Shown: positions 54,573 through 63,865, numbered from the stretch's first letter. The stretch: 64,000 nucleotides of DNA from a virus (IMGVR_UViG_3300031718_000177), one strand, 5' to 3'. Program-made: numbers and translations. Notes: generated from the letters alone by a model not told the origin.

Positions 54573-55658
54573 TCATTCTGGCTTTTGTGCCGGAATGTAT
54601 GGTTGACCGGGGCCAGGAAATTGAATTCGGCCCCCAATAGTCTCTTCGATAACTATTGGTTGCTTTTGTTCTGGCTTCTTCTGCTCTTTTTGCTTTTGTC
54701 CGGCCTCTTTCATAAACAATACAAATGCCGGATAAATATCGTGTGATTCTTTCTTAACATCTTCTCCTTCTGCTACAAAATCATTACCAATTTCAGTTAG
54801 CATAGAAAAAGCCCCGTTACTATGAAACCAGTCAATCTCATATCCATAATACGGCGGGGATGATTCTCCGTGTATTTGTCTAAAATCATACCCAGATAAA
54901 GCGGCCATTCTACCTGCTAAGTCTCTGTATTCAGCATCTCTATCAGTAGGTTCGCTTGTATAACCCCAAGGATAGAAATGATCCCTGCCAAAATTGTGGC
55001 AACTCATGACGGCAACAAACTTGTATTTGTTATAGAACTCTTTCAAGCTTTCTATAGTTGTTAAGGTATGTTTCTCGGACAGATTGGGACCATTGAATTG
55101 TCTATTCGGGTCTAATCCCTCGTCGCCACCCTCAGGACTTACATATCTGCTGTTGTGAGCGTAGCCATCTGGCGAGGCAATAGGAACATAGAATATATCT
55201 CTCGTTCGTAGTAAGTTCGTTATTTCATCATTTGACATATATTCTTTCAATAATTTCTCAAATATAGTCATTGTCACAACAGTACTACTTTTCTCATTTC
55301 CATGTATTGTAGCCATAATCATAATTTTCGGTCCCGTATGTTTGCCTATACGGATATAATGAATATCCCTACCTTCATCTGATTTTCCCACAACGCCAAG
55401 TTCTGTGATAGCCGGTGCTTCCTCGTGCCACCTCTCTAGTTGCTGTTGGACTTCTTCCAAAGACAATGTTCGTAATGGCACCGAACTACTAATAACTGGC
55501 TTTTGTTCGGGCGGCGGAATAGGCTTTTCTACATGTGGCTTCTGAACAATTTGCTGCGGAACACACTGCGGTTGTTCGGCGTATTTGTGATGTATCCGTA
55601 GGGCAATGAACCCAAATAAAATTACTACCGCAGCAATAATATGTTCTCGGCGAATCAT
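54573..55658 (-). CDS. Membrane-anchored M14 zinc carboxypeptidase
   Basis: N-terminal TM; ATIHGNE, SPDG, DPNRQF, SCHNFG, FYPWG, EIG. Confidence 0.9.
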   Translation of the reverse strand: MIRREHIIAAVVILFGFIALRIHHKYAEQPQCVPQQIVQKPHVEKPIPPPEQKPVISSSVPLRTLSLEEVQQQLERWHEEAPAITELGVVGKSDEGRDIHYIRIGKHTGPKIMIMATIHGNEKSSTVVTMTIFEKLLKEYMSNDEITNLLRTRDIFYVPIASPDGYAHNSRYVSPEGGDEGLDPNRQFNGPNLSEKHTLTTIESLKEFYNKYKFVAVMSCHNFGRDHFYPWGYTSEPTDRDAEYRDLAGRMAALSGYDFRQIHGESSPPYYGYEIDWFHSNGAFSMLTEIGNDFVAEGEDVKKESHDIYPAFVLFMKEAGQKQKEQKKPEQKQPIVIEETIGGRIQFPGPGQPYIPAQKPE

Positions 55659-55687
55659 ACTATATATATGATACAAATGGAGGATAC

Positions 55688-56023
55688 ATGAAGAAATTAT
55701 TAGCACTAGGAGTTATATTATTTTTTACAAACACAGCATTAGCTGTCCGTAAGGAGGGCGGCGAGATTTACTCGGCTTCCTGGTGCGGTCCTTGTCAACA
55801 ATTGCATATCGATATAGCGAGAAGTCCAGGATGGACGATAGGTGAAAGCGGGCAGGTACATTTCAGGGTTATTGATGATTCCGATGGTTCGCAACCAGGT
55901 ATAAACAGCCTTCCCACAATCATTTATTACAAAAACAACAAAGAAGTAGCTCGCATCGTGGGATATGATGGAGATATAAAAACTGTCCTAGACACATACA
56001 CAAATAAAGTAAAAGCAAAATGA
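55688..56023 (+). CDS. Secreted thioredoxin-like protein
   Basis: Signal peptide; YSASWCGPC; SLPTII. Confidence 0.85.
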   Translation: MKKLLALGVILFFTNTALAVRKEGGEIYSASWCGPCQQLHIDIARSPGWTIGESGQVHFRVIDDSDGSQPGINSLPTIIYYKNNKEVARIVGYDGDIKTVLDTYTNKVKAK

Positions 56024-56049
56024 TATATAAATCATAGAGGTAGTTTACC

Positions 56050-56670
56050 GTGAATAGAAATTATATTGGTCTAGTTTTGGGTGCAATAGCAATAGTTATT
56101 TTAGCTGGTGCAGTAATTTATCAACTCACACACAAGGACAAGCCAGAGTCCATTTCGCAACAAGAAGAGGAAACGGTTTTACCCGAAGAAAAACATCAAT
56201 GGATACCCGAGATAGTTAAACCCAAAGTTCCAACCCAGATCGAACTGTTGCTGCAAGCACATAATAAGGTTCGCAGCAGCAACTCCCCACTTAAATTAGA
56301 TCCGGACCTCATGGCATTTGCTCAAAAACACGCTGAGGAAATGGCTCGCCGACACAAGATGCGTCATAGTCATTTAGATTTCCCCGGAAGTTGGTCAAAT
56401 GAGGGCGAAAATATTGCTGAGGGGCAACCAACCGTAGATGAAGTTATGAGTGCGTGGATGCATAGTTCCGGACACCGAAGAAATATATTAAATAAACACT
56501 TCACACAAGTTGGCTTTGGTATCTCAACCAACAACGGTACAATTTATTGGTGCGTTGACTTTGGCACTAGAGAAGGAGCAGTAGCAGACAGTCATCCACA
56601 TAGACATCGCCATGTCCGTCATCATCAAGCAGAAGCAACTAGTTCAAGTATTTCCGAGACAACCGAATGA
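56050..56670 (+). CDS. CAP (SCP/Tpx-1) domain protein
   Basis: AHNKVR, AQKHAEEMA, GENIA, WMHSSGHRRNIL, VGFG, YWCVDF. Confidence 0.93.
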   Translation: MNRNYIGLVLGAIAIVILAGAVIYQLTHKDKPESISQQEEETVLPEEKHQWIPEIVKPKVPTQIELLLQAHNKVRSSNSPLKLDPDLMAFAQKHAEEMARRHKMRHSHLDFPGSWSNEGENIAEGQPTVDEVMSAWMHSSGHRRNILNKHFTQVGFGISTNNGTIYWCVDFGTREGAVADSHPHRHRHVRHHQAEATSSSISETTE

Positions 56671-57921
56671 TTAGACGGGTAGAATATATTCCTTTAGTAA
56701 TTCTTTGATGCTTTCACTACTACCGTCCCACTTGTAATCAACTTCAAGCAATGTAATTCCGTGCTTCTTACATAATTCTCGTTTTTCTTGGTCTTTACAC
56801 TGCTGGCTTCGCAATCTATCATCGGCACCCCAATTGCTCTTGGTAATAAAGTGCTGTATCCCTTGATATTCTACTGCCAAGTTTAAATCTGGTATGAAAA
56901 TATCAAGTTGCCCCAACCTATTCGTCTCATATCTGACCAACGGATGCCAATAATTTTGTAGTATCTCATAATTTGGCAAAATCTCCCGTACTACCTTAGC
57001 CAATATTTGTTGTTGTTTGCCTATTACAATAAATTTTTCCTTTTCCCAGCGAAATTCGGGCATACAATCCATAAGCAAACCTGCAATAGTTTTATATGTA
57101 TGTAATAATTGTGTGCCGTGATTACGAACAATAGTTCTATTTTGAAGTCTGTACCAATCTTCGTATCGAGTGAATCCCAATTTATCTCCCAGCCATTTCA
57201 AATACATAGTTTTATTTTGTTTGCTATTCCAGAAATTGGAAGATACCCTCGGAAACAACCAAGGAAGCCACTTATATTCTGGGAACAAATCAATCATTGC
57301 GTTAAACGGACAAAACCGGTAGTATACAAGAAAGCCATGTCCCCGATGCCTGCGGAGAATCTTACCGTCCAATTTATACCAATCATCGATATTACAATAA
57401 CCAAGTTGCTCGCCCAACCAATGAATATAACGTAACCTATTATTTTTGTTATGCCAAAATTGCAACGGAACACTTCTCATTGTCCATTCAACCATCTCGG
57501 GAAAACATACGCCAATTAATTTACGTATGGAACCATCATAATGAGCAAGTAAACCCTTTCCATAATTGGCAATCAACATTTTGTTGGTCAATTGATACCA
57601 ATATTTTATATCCAACTTTTTTTCTAGCCAAAATAGATATTTACGTTGATTATCCATGTTCTCCCAAAATCCAGCCGGAGCCTTACGAAATAACCACGGC
57701 AACCAGTTATAGTCAGGGTAACATTCTTCTAAAAGTGTTATCATGCCTCCTTTAGTAAAAGTCGTTGCACCACGGCCGCCGCGACCATACCTTAAAAAAT
57801 CATCGTATTTAATCTGATACCAGTCTTCCATTTTGGAAAAACCTAATTTTTCATCTAACTCTCTAACAAACTCCTTTTTATTATCTAAATCCTTCCAATA
57901 TCCATTAGGTTTGTTCTTCAT
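56671..57921 (-). CDS. Four roughly 70-aa Trp-rich repeats plus a C-terminal PD-(D/E)XK/Vsr-like endonuclease
   Basis: Repeats F/YW..N..Y/F..WL..KLG....DWY.L; then QLDIFIPDLNLAVEYQGIQHF, DQEKRELC. Confidence 0.8.
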   Translation of the reverse strand: MKNKPNGYWKDLDNKKEFVRELDEKLGFSKMEDWYQIKYDDFLRYGRGGRGATTFTKGGMITLLEECYPDYNWLPWLFRKAPAGFWENMDNQRKYLFWLEKKLDIKYWYQLTNKMLIANYGKGLLAHYDGSIRKLIGVCFPEMVEWTMRSVPLQFWHNKNNRLRYIHWLGEQLGYCNIDDWYKLDGKILRRHRGHGFLVYYRFCPFNAMIDLFPEYKWLPWLFPRVSSNFWNSKQNKTMYLKWLGDKLGFTRYEDWYRLQNRTIVRNHGTQLLHTYKTIAGLLMDCMPEFRWEKEKFIVIGKQQQILAKVVREILPNYEILQNYWHPLVRYETNRLGQLDIFIPDLNLAVEYQGIQHFITKSNWGADDRLRSQQCKDQEKRELCKKHGITLLEVDYKWDGSSESIKELLKEYILPV

Positions 57922-58102
57922 TTTGCTCCTGTATATGTTGCCTCAACAATGCTTTTACAACTTCTGTAATAGTAGTAAACTTTTCGTCTGCCTCAGTTTG
58001 TAGGGCATCAAAAAATATCTGTGGGATGCGAACCGACAAAACCTTCATTTTCTTCTTTGTTTTCATCATATAATTATATAGTATTGTCATATACATTTCC
58101 AC
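57905..58102 (-). CDS. Ribbon-helix-helix DNA-binding protein (start probably near 58069)
   Basis: KVLSVRIPQIFFDALQTEADEKFTTITEVVKALLRQHI. Confidence 0.75.
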   Translation of the reverse strand: MEMYMTILYNYMMKTKKKMKVLSVRIPQIFFDALQTEADEKFTTITEVVKALLRQHIQEQNEEQT

Positions 58103-58143
58103 CTCAATATTTCAAAATATTTTCATAATTACTAAATATTTAT

Positions 58144-58632
58144 ATGTCAATCGGAGACACCCTTGTCGCATTTAAGGCTCTCGATGCTGAGCTTCCAACT
58201 AGTAATTTTGCCACCATCGGTCTAGTGAACAATAGACCAGTCATCAATTTTGTATCTGGGTCATCGACAACGGCTATCTTTACTGGTTTCATGCCACGCA
58301 TATACACTGGGCAAGGTCTCACCATTTACATATACTACGCTAGCACGGTAAACACGGGTTCTACCTCTTGGTCCGCAAGTATAGAAAATACTGGAATACA
58401 GCAGAAGCTAATAACAACGGACGCATTTTCAGTTACCAACAGTTCCAACAATAATACACCAGCAACGACTGTTGGCGAAGTTACTGCTGTCGCTATAAAC
58501 TTCGCTGCCCCAAGTCAGACCGATAATTTAGCCATCGGAGACACATTCAGAATCCGTATAACACGTAACGGAAGTTCAGACACAATGGCCGGAACAGCCG
58601 AAGTTATCAGCGTAGAAATAGAGGAAACCTAG
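58144..58632 (+). CDS. Beta-rich virion-type protein
   Basis: GDTFRIRITRNGSSDTMAGTA; T/S/N-rich; CTAAATA upstream. Confidence 0.65.
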   Translation: MSIGDTLVAFKALDAELPTSNFATIGLVNNRPVINFVSGSSTTAIFTGFMPRIYTGQGLTIYIYYASTVNTGSTSWSASIENTGIQQKLITTDAFSVTNSSNNNTPATTVGEVTAVAINFAAPSQTDNLAIGDTFRIRITRNGSSDTMAGTAEVISVEIEET

Positions 58633-58667
58633 CAGAAAACTAGAACCTTTCATCCCTACATATCTTT

Positions 58668-61600
58668 ATGGCGCTGTTAGTTTCGTCAAGTCAATATTCC
58701 ACTGTATTAAAATCGGTCAATTTTAATATTGGCTCATCTTCTCTCTGGTTTAATCCCAATTTTGCTTCTTCTGACAGCACTAATCGTTACCTAATCTTCA
58801 CGGAAGGAGTCAATTACAATTTATACGTAAACGCCAATGCCGGAACACTAGTAGTCCAAAATGATGGACTTATAACCACATTTGATTACACGCATCTACA
58901 AAACACATGGCAAAATCTGGTGTTCTGCTACAACAAATCTGGTTCAATTCAGATAGTTTATATAAACGGCGTAGCTTTAACTCAAAGTGGTAGCTCTACA
59001 GGATCGTGGGGCTCGACGGCTCTCAACAACTCAGATAGATTATTCATAGGCAACAATAATAGCACAGGTAACAACTTTCTTGGTGCTGTCGCTGAAATAG
59101 CGACGTACAATACTGTTTTAACCTCTGCTCAAGTCACCGAATTAGCTTCTGGCATTTCACCCACAGCTACATCCGGACTAAGTTCCATAATTGGCTACTG
59201 GAACTTCATTAATCCTAGTCAGGGTACATACCCGCCCCAATTCGGACTGCACGAAGCGACGATATTCGGGTCATCAGCTACCGGCGTTCATCCCCCGATA
59301 TTTTATCGTTCTGTTTCTAAATCGTATACCCATTCAGTACCTTTTGCTCCGGCAACAGGTCAACGCATTCCCGAAGCACAGTTCACTCAACAAGGACTAA
59401 ATGATAATTTACTTGGGGTTACTCCGTGGACGAATCCAAACAATGTAAATGCGATTGACCAGCAATATGCCAGTGTTACACTCCCTGTCGGTGGAAGTTC
59501 TCAGATATTACGCGGATATAATTGTGGATTTGATTTGCCGCCTCAAGCCATAATCGATGGCGTCCAAATAGAAGTGTGGTTCAATTTCACCGGTACTTTC
59601 ACCAATATATTCCAAGTATATAACGGTACTGACAATCCGCCGAGTGTGCCAGGATTTATTTTGCGAGCAAGTCCGGGAGATTTATCAAAGTATTCCCCGT
59701 ATTTACAAAACCATCCTCTTATTAAGCACGTCATTATTGAAGCACAGTGGTCAAGTATTGAAACTAGTCAAGGGGTTTACAATACGTCGGCCCTCAATGC
59801 AGCAGTCAATCAATGGAGTAGCTACGGCTATAAGATTATATTAAATATATATCCGTACATTCAAAACCCCTCAACTGTCCAAACCAGCGATGGTTACTTT
59901 CTTGCAAATGGATTTCCGACGTATCTCTATAATGTTCTCGAAACTCTCCCCAATGGTCTCTTGAAGTATACAAAATCGAACGGAAGCAAATTAGCAGTAC
60001 CCGTTGTGTATAGTGATCCGTCAGTGCTCCAAAGGTACACGGCTCTGATGCAATATTTGGCGAATACCTACGATGGAGACACAAGGATTTCCTTTGTCTT
60101 AGTTGCACAAGGAGACATCGGGCATTTAGCGATTGGACCTGCTGAAGCCGCAACCCCTGCTGTAAATATTGGCTTCACGAATCAATTATGGGCAAATTAT
60201 GGTCTCCAATTAGCTGAAACTGTAGCGGACGTTTTTCCACACACACCGCTAGCTGCGATTTCTGAAAAGGGGTATTTCGGTAACACAACTGCGATCAGTT
60301 CAGATCATGGGAGTCCCTGGCTGAACGCACAACTAGCAAGTGGCAACCCCGACGCGATGGGCAACCCGACAGGCCCCTATGTCAGTATTATCGAAAACAA
60401 GATGGAAACCTTGAATGTTACTGATCCAACATTTCCAAATAACACTGATGGAGTAGCATTCTTTGATAATTTGGATGGTGTGAACCCCTATGCGGGAGAA
60501 GGCAAAATCCGAGAAGGTTACGGTGCTGATTATCCGCTCTGGGTACCCGTATGCGCCCAAGGAAACGTTGGAACCACTGGCCATAACTACAGCTTTGCAA
60601 GTACGGTCTTAAATAGCTTATTGGGCTATGTTTCGGGGCACGGACAATATTCTGTTACATTGATCATGATGAACCCACCGGATTCGATGGCGACAAATCC
60701 CAATAACCCAGCAACGACTCCTCCGACAGATTGTTCAACAGGGATTGTGGCGTTTGACCCGACAATCTATGGAATCTATCTCAACGCCTATAATCAATTG
60801 CTTGCAAATGCTGCCATCAGTCCCAATTACGGAACTCCAAATGGTCAAATTATAGTTAGTGGTAGCGGCAGTGCCAATCTTGTTTATGGAACAAATACAG
60901 ACAAGTGGGGACTGACTTTAACCCCAGCAATCGTCAATAGTCCTAATTTTGGTTTTGGATTTCTTGTATCAGATACCGCCAATGTTGGGCCAACAGTAAA
61001 CGTTGATGCTATGAAGATGATAGTGCAATGGCACGGAGCGCCAGTTGCCTATACCCAACCAACTTCAGGTGGCGTCCTAGGCAATAGTTACATCCTAGAT
61101 ACAGATAGATTTGTTGCTGGCGGCGCATTAGCTAGCGGTTCTGCCCTAGTTAATGATTCAGAACATCAAACACCCAGTGGTGGAGCACTAGCAAGTGGGG
61201 CAGCAAAACCCTACACTGAAGTAGGCAGTGGAGGAACATTAGGCAGTGGTTCTACAAACGCAGATATAACCCAAAATGTTTCTGGTGGAGCAATTGCTGG
61301 AGCAGTAACCGTTCCTACTACATCGAGAAATCTGGCAATTATAGGCATTCAGCCGCCTGCATCTGGTGGCGTATTAGGTAGTGGAGCAGCCACAGTAAAT
61401 CCAGAAGTAATGTCTGGCGGCGTGTTAGGTAGCGGAACAAGTGAAACAGGAGTCAGAACCTCAACTGGTGGAGCTAATGCTGGGGGTATCTCGGCGATAT
61501 ACAGTGTAGTTTACAATCCGCCAGTAAGTAGCGGAACACTAGCTAGCGGTTCCTATTTCTCGGATATAGCCGATGAAGTAGGCAGTGGTGGCGTATTGGG

Positions 61601-62615
61601 TAGCGGAGCAATAAAAGAAACTCCTTACTTCGAGACAATGAATGGTGGTGTTCTTACAGGTGGAGACGTACCTGTAATCGCTGGAGATTCGACAGGAGGA
61701 GCAAATGTAAGCGGCCACGATACCGATAATGTAATTGACTATGACATAGGTTCTGGAGGAGCGGTTGATAGTGGCTCTGTAAGAGATACAGCTATTTTGT
61801 TCAACAAGGGTTCTGGCGGGGCATTAGCTGGCGGAACCGTCCTAATAGCGATTACACAAGGAATATCTGGCGGAACTTTAGGAAACGGTCAAACACTAGT
61901 CAATTTGGACGCCAATCCTAGTTCGCACGGCGGCACAATAGCTAGTGGAGCTATAAGATCGAATTATCGCTACACCGGTAGCGGCAGCGTTATAGTAAGT
62001 GGGCGATCGCCATTGATAGTAAAAGTAGGATTAAGATACAATATAACCGGCAATGGCGAAGCTGGGCCGAATCGACCGGCTCCTCTTGCCGGTATAGAAC
62101 TATTCCTCCATGACCCAACAGTAATTGTATTCCATATAAAAGCTGACGGAGCATTTACTGGTTCCCAAATCTTGGTAGATAGCGGCATCAATGGAAACAG
62201 AACTACTTACCGATATACAATTCATGGCAACCAGATAATTGTTGGTGGTCATACACCCGGAAGAACTATCTACAAATATAATGTCGTAATAGGTAGCGGT
62301 ATAGAAATTACCGGCATCGGCCAAGCGTGGTTTTCTTTACCGTTGCATGAAGGCCGTTATAATATTGCTCTAAACTTAATTGGTACTAACATCATTAAAA
62401 CGCAATTCTTAACGGTACAACAGCAGCTAGCCGAACAAACATCAACCAACCCGGCTCTTGTCGGCATAGATTTTAGTGTAACTAATTTCCGGGCTAATTT
62501 AGTTCAAGGAGCGTACCTGCCGGTTGCCACAGTCAACAACCAGAAAGGATATTTGCCAAAACAACCACAGGATAATTCAGTGAATAGAATTGTACAAATA
62601 GCTAGGGAGAGTTAG
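58668..62615 (+). CDS. Large virion-type protein: LamG/ConA-like domain, jelly-roll with an inserted GH-A-like barrel, Gly-rich repeats
   Basis: WQNLVFCY..YING..FLGAVAEIATYNTVLT LamG; QWSSIETSQGVYN..LANTYDGD GH-like; SGGxLxSG repeats. Confidence 0.8.
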   Translation: MALLVSSSQYSTVLKSVNFNIGSSSLWFNPNFASSDSTNRYLIFTEGVNYNLYVNANAGTLVVQNDGLITTFDYTHLQNTWQNLVFCYNKSGSIQIVYINGVALTQSGSSTGSWGSTALNNSDRLFIGNNNSTGNNFLGAVAEIATYNTVLTSAQVTELASGISPTATSGLSSIIGYWNFINPSQGTYPPQFGLHEATIFGSSATGVHPPIFYRSVSKSYTHSVPFAPATGQRIPEAQFTQQGLNDNLLGVTPWTNPNNVNAIDQQYASVTLPVGGSSQILRGYNCGFDLPPQAIIDGVQIEVWFNFTGTFTNIFQVYNGTDNPPSVPGFILRASPGDLSKYSPYLQNHPLIKHVIIEAQWSSIETSQGVYNTSALNAAVNQWSSYGYKIILNIYPYIQNPSTVQTSDGYFLANGFPTYLYNVLETLPNGLLKYTKSNGSKLAVPVVYSDPSVLQRYTALMQYLANTYDGDTRISFVLVAQGDIGHLAIGPAEAATPAVNIGFTNQLWANYGLQLAETVADVFPHTPLAAISEKGYFGNTTAISSDHGSPWLNAQLASGNPDAMGNPTGPYVSIIENKMETLNVTDPTFPNNTDGVAFFDNLDGVNPYAGEGKIREGYGADYPLWVPVCAQGNVGTTGHNYSFASTVLNSLLGYVSGHGQYSVTLIMMNPPDSMATNPNNPATTPPTDCSTGIVAFDPTIYGIYLNAYNQLLANAAISPNYGTPNGQIIVSGSGSANLVYGTNTDKWGLTLTPAIVNSPNFGFGFLVSDTANVGPTVNVDAMKMIVQWHGAPVAYTQPTSGGVLGNSYILDTDRFVAGGALASGSALVNDSEHQTPSGGALASGAAKPYTEVGSGGTLGSGSTNADITQNVSGGAIAGAVTVPTTSRNLAIIGIQPPASGGVLGSGAATVNPEVMSGGVLGSGTSETGVRTSTGGANAGGISAIYSVVYNPPVSSGTLASGSYFSDIADEVGSGGVLGSGAIKETPYFETMNGGVLTGGDVPVIAGDSTGGANVSGHDTDNVIDYDIGSGGAVDSGSVRDTAILFNKGSGGALAGGTVLIAITQGISGGTLGNGQTLVNLDANPSSHGGTIASGAIRSNYRYTGSGSVIVSGRSPLIVKVGLRYNITGNGEAGPNRPAPLAGIELFLHDPTVIVFHIKADGAFTGSQILVDSGINGNRTTYRYTIHGNQIIVGGHTPGRTIYKYNVVIGSGIEITGIGQAWFSLPLHEGRYNIALNLIGTNIIKTQFLTVQQQLAEQTSTNPALVGIDFSVTNFRANLVQGAYLPVATVNNQKGYLPKQPQDNSVNRIVQIARES

Positions 62616-62750
62616 TCTATGGTTGGGACTGGGACGTATTTTACAGTTACGACAATATCTCCGGTAGCAACGAGTGCAAATATAAACTTTACCTACACCA
62701 TAGCGTAAACTATTCTTGAACTTTCCACACATGGGACATCTAGGAGGCAT
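62577..62750 (-). CDS. Cys-rich miniprotein B (57 aa, not in ORF track)
   Basis: MPPRCPMCGKFKNSLRYGVGKVYICTRCYRRYCRNCKIRPSPNHRLTLPSYLYNSIH. Confidence 0.6.
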   Translation of the reverse strand: MPPRCPMCGKFKNSLRYGVGKVYICTRCYRRYCRNCKIRPSPNHRLTLPSYLYNSIH

Positions 62751-62907
62751 TACGTTTTCTCTGCATATTTTTATACCGATATTTCTTGAATTTGCAGCGA
62801 TATTTCCAATAGCAACGAGTACAAACGCAAATACAAGATTCTCCGTCGCATATAGAGCAGTTTAATTTGTTCTTAAACTTCTGACACCAAGGACACCTAG
62901 GGGGCAT
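62740..62907 (-). CDS. Cys-rich miniprotein A (55 aa, not in ORF track)
   Basis: MPPRCPWCQKFKNKLNCSICDGESCICVCTRCYWKYRCKFKKYRYKNMQRKRNAS. Confidence 0.65.
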   Translation of the reverse strand: MPPRCPWCQKFKNKLNCSICDGESCICVCTRCYWKYRCKFKKYRYKNMQRKRNAS

Positions 62908-63610
62908 ATATCTCCTTGAAAAAATCTTCTTTTTCTTTCAATAAATCAATATCTGGGAAATCTTTCTTACGAGCATCCAAAGCGTATTTGTTTTCAATTG
63001 TCAATTGGGTCGCGCTTCCATGCCAATAATGAAAACATATCGGTTTCCCATCTAGTCCATATTCTTCACTTCTTTTCGGCCCATATCTACCGGGAAATAC
63101 ATCCATGAACTTGAAGTTAAATCCTTTTTCTACCATTTGATAGAAAGCTCTTATGGCTACGTCATACCCAGGTATATTTCCACGAACTCCCCTATATCCC
63201 GGCGTACTGCTAAAATCAAATGCTTCTGCATCTTCTTTTCGCATAAATAAACAGGCAGGACGGATAGGTTTCTCTTTAACACCAGGAGCTACGATTACTT
63301 TATGATTTTTTATATATTTGAGAAACAGGTCTTCCCAGCCACTCGTCAGAAGATGGCAATCCACATCTAAGAATAATACAAACTCATTTTTAGCTTGTTG
63401 GACACCGAGATTTAAGCCCTGTCCATGTCCTATGTTTGACCCTTGAATGAACACCTCGGTATCGTGATACATTCGCCAATTACCACCACTATTTTCTATA
63501 ACTACGATTTGGTGTCGTTCTTTACTATGTTTTTGTATAGATTCAACTAGCAACTTTAAGAAATCGTTAGCATTATAGTTGACTGTTATTATAGAAAAAG
63601 GTTCAGTCAT
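62897..63610 (-). CDS. Glycosyltransferase family 2
   Basis: SIITVNYN, VIENS, NIGHGQGLN, VLFLDVD, GYDV, FHYWHG. Confidence 0.88.
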   Translation of the reverse strand: MTEPFSIITVNYNANDFLKLLVESIQKHSKERHQIVVIENSGGNWRMYHDTEVFIQGSNIGHGQGLNLGVQQAKNEFVLFLDVDCHLLTSGWEDLFLKYIKNHKVIVAPGVKEKPIRPACLFMRKEDAEAFDFSSTPGYRGVRGNIPGYDVAIRAFYQMVEKGFNFKFMDVFPGRYGPKRSEEYGLDGKPICFHYWHGSATQLTIENKYALDARKKDFPDIDLLKEKEDFFKEIYAP

Positions 63611-63654
63611 AGTAATTGATTTTATAGCTTATGCCTATCTTGTATTCCTACAAT

Positions 63655-63864
63655 TTAATACCACGCACCACCTTCGTTCCACCACTTAACCACAAATATA
63701 ATAAACCAAACTCCAAGCAACAAACCGGTAAATGCCAACGACATGATAACGCCCTCCCAACCAAAGGGAGTATCGCCAGAAAAAGCCACTACTGAGCCAC
63801 CAAATAAAACGGCTCCTATTACCCACATTACTAGAAACAAAAAACAAATACCTAAGAATGTCAT
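63655..63864 (-). CDS. Small membrane protein
   Basis: Two TM segments. Confidence 0.6.
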   Translation of the reverse strand: MTFLGICFLFLVMWVIGAVLFGGSVVAFSGDTPFGWEGVIMSLAFTGLLLGVWFIIFVVKWWNEGGAWY

Positions 63865-63865
63865 C

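Noticed and set aside
18667-62615. Inteins or introns in the large genes
   Set aside because: No C/S...HN-C/S/T splice motifs or LAGLIDADG blocks, and no interrupted conserved genes; the insertion in the 1315-aa protein looks like a GH domain, not an intein.
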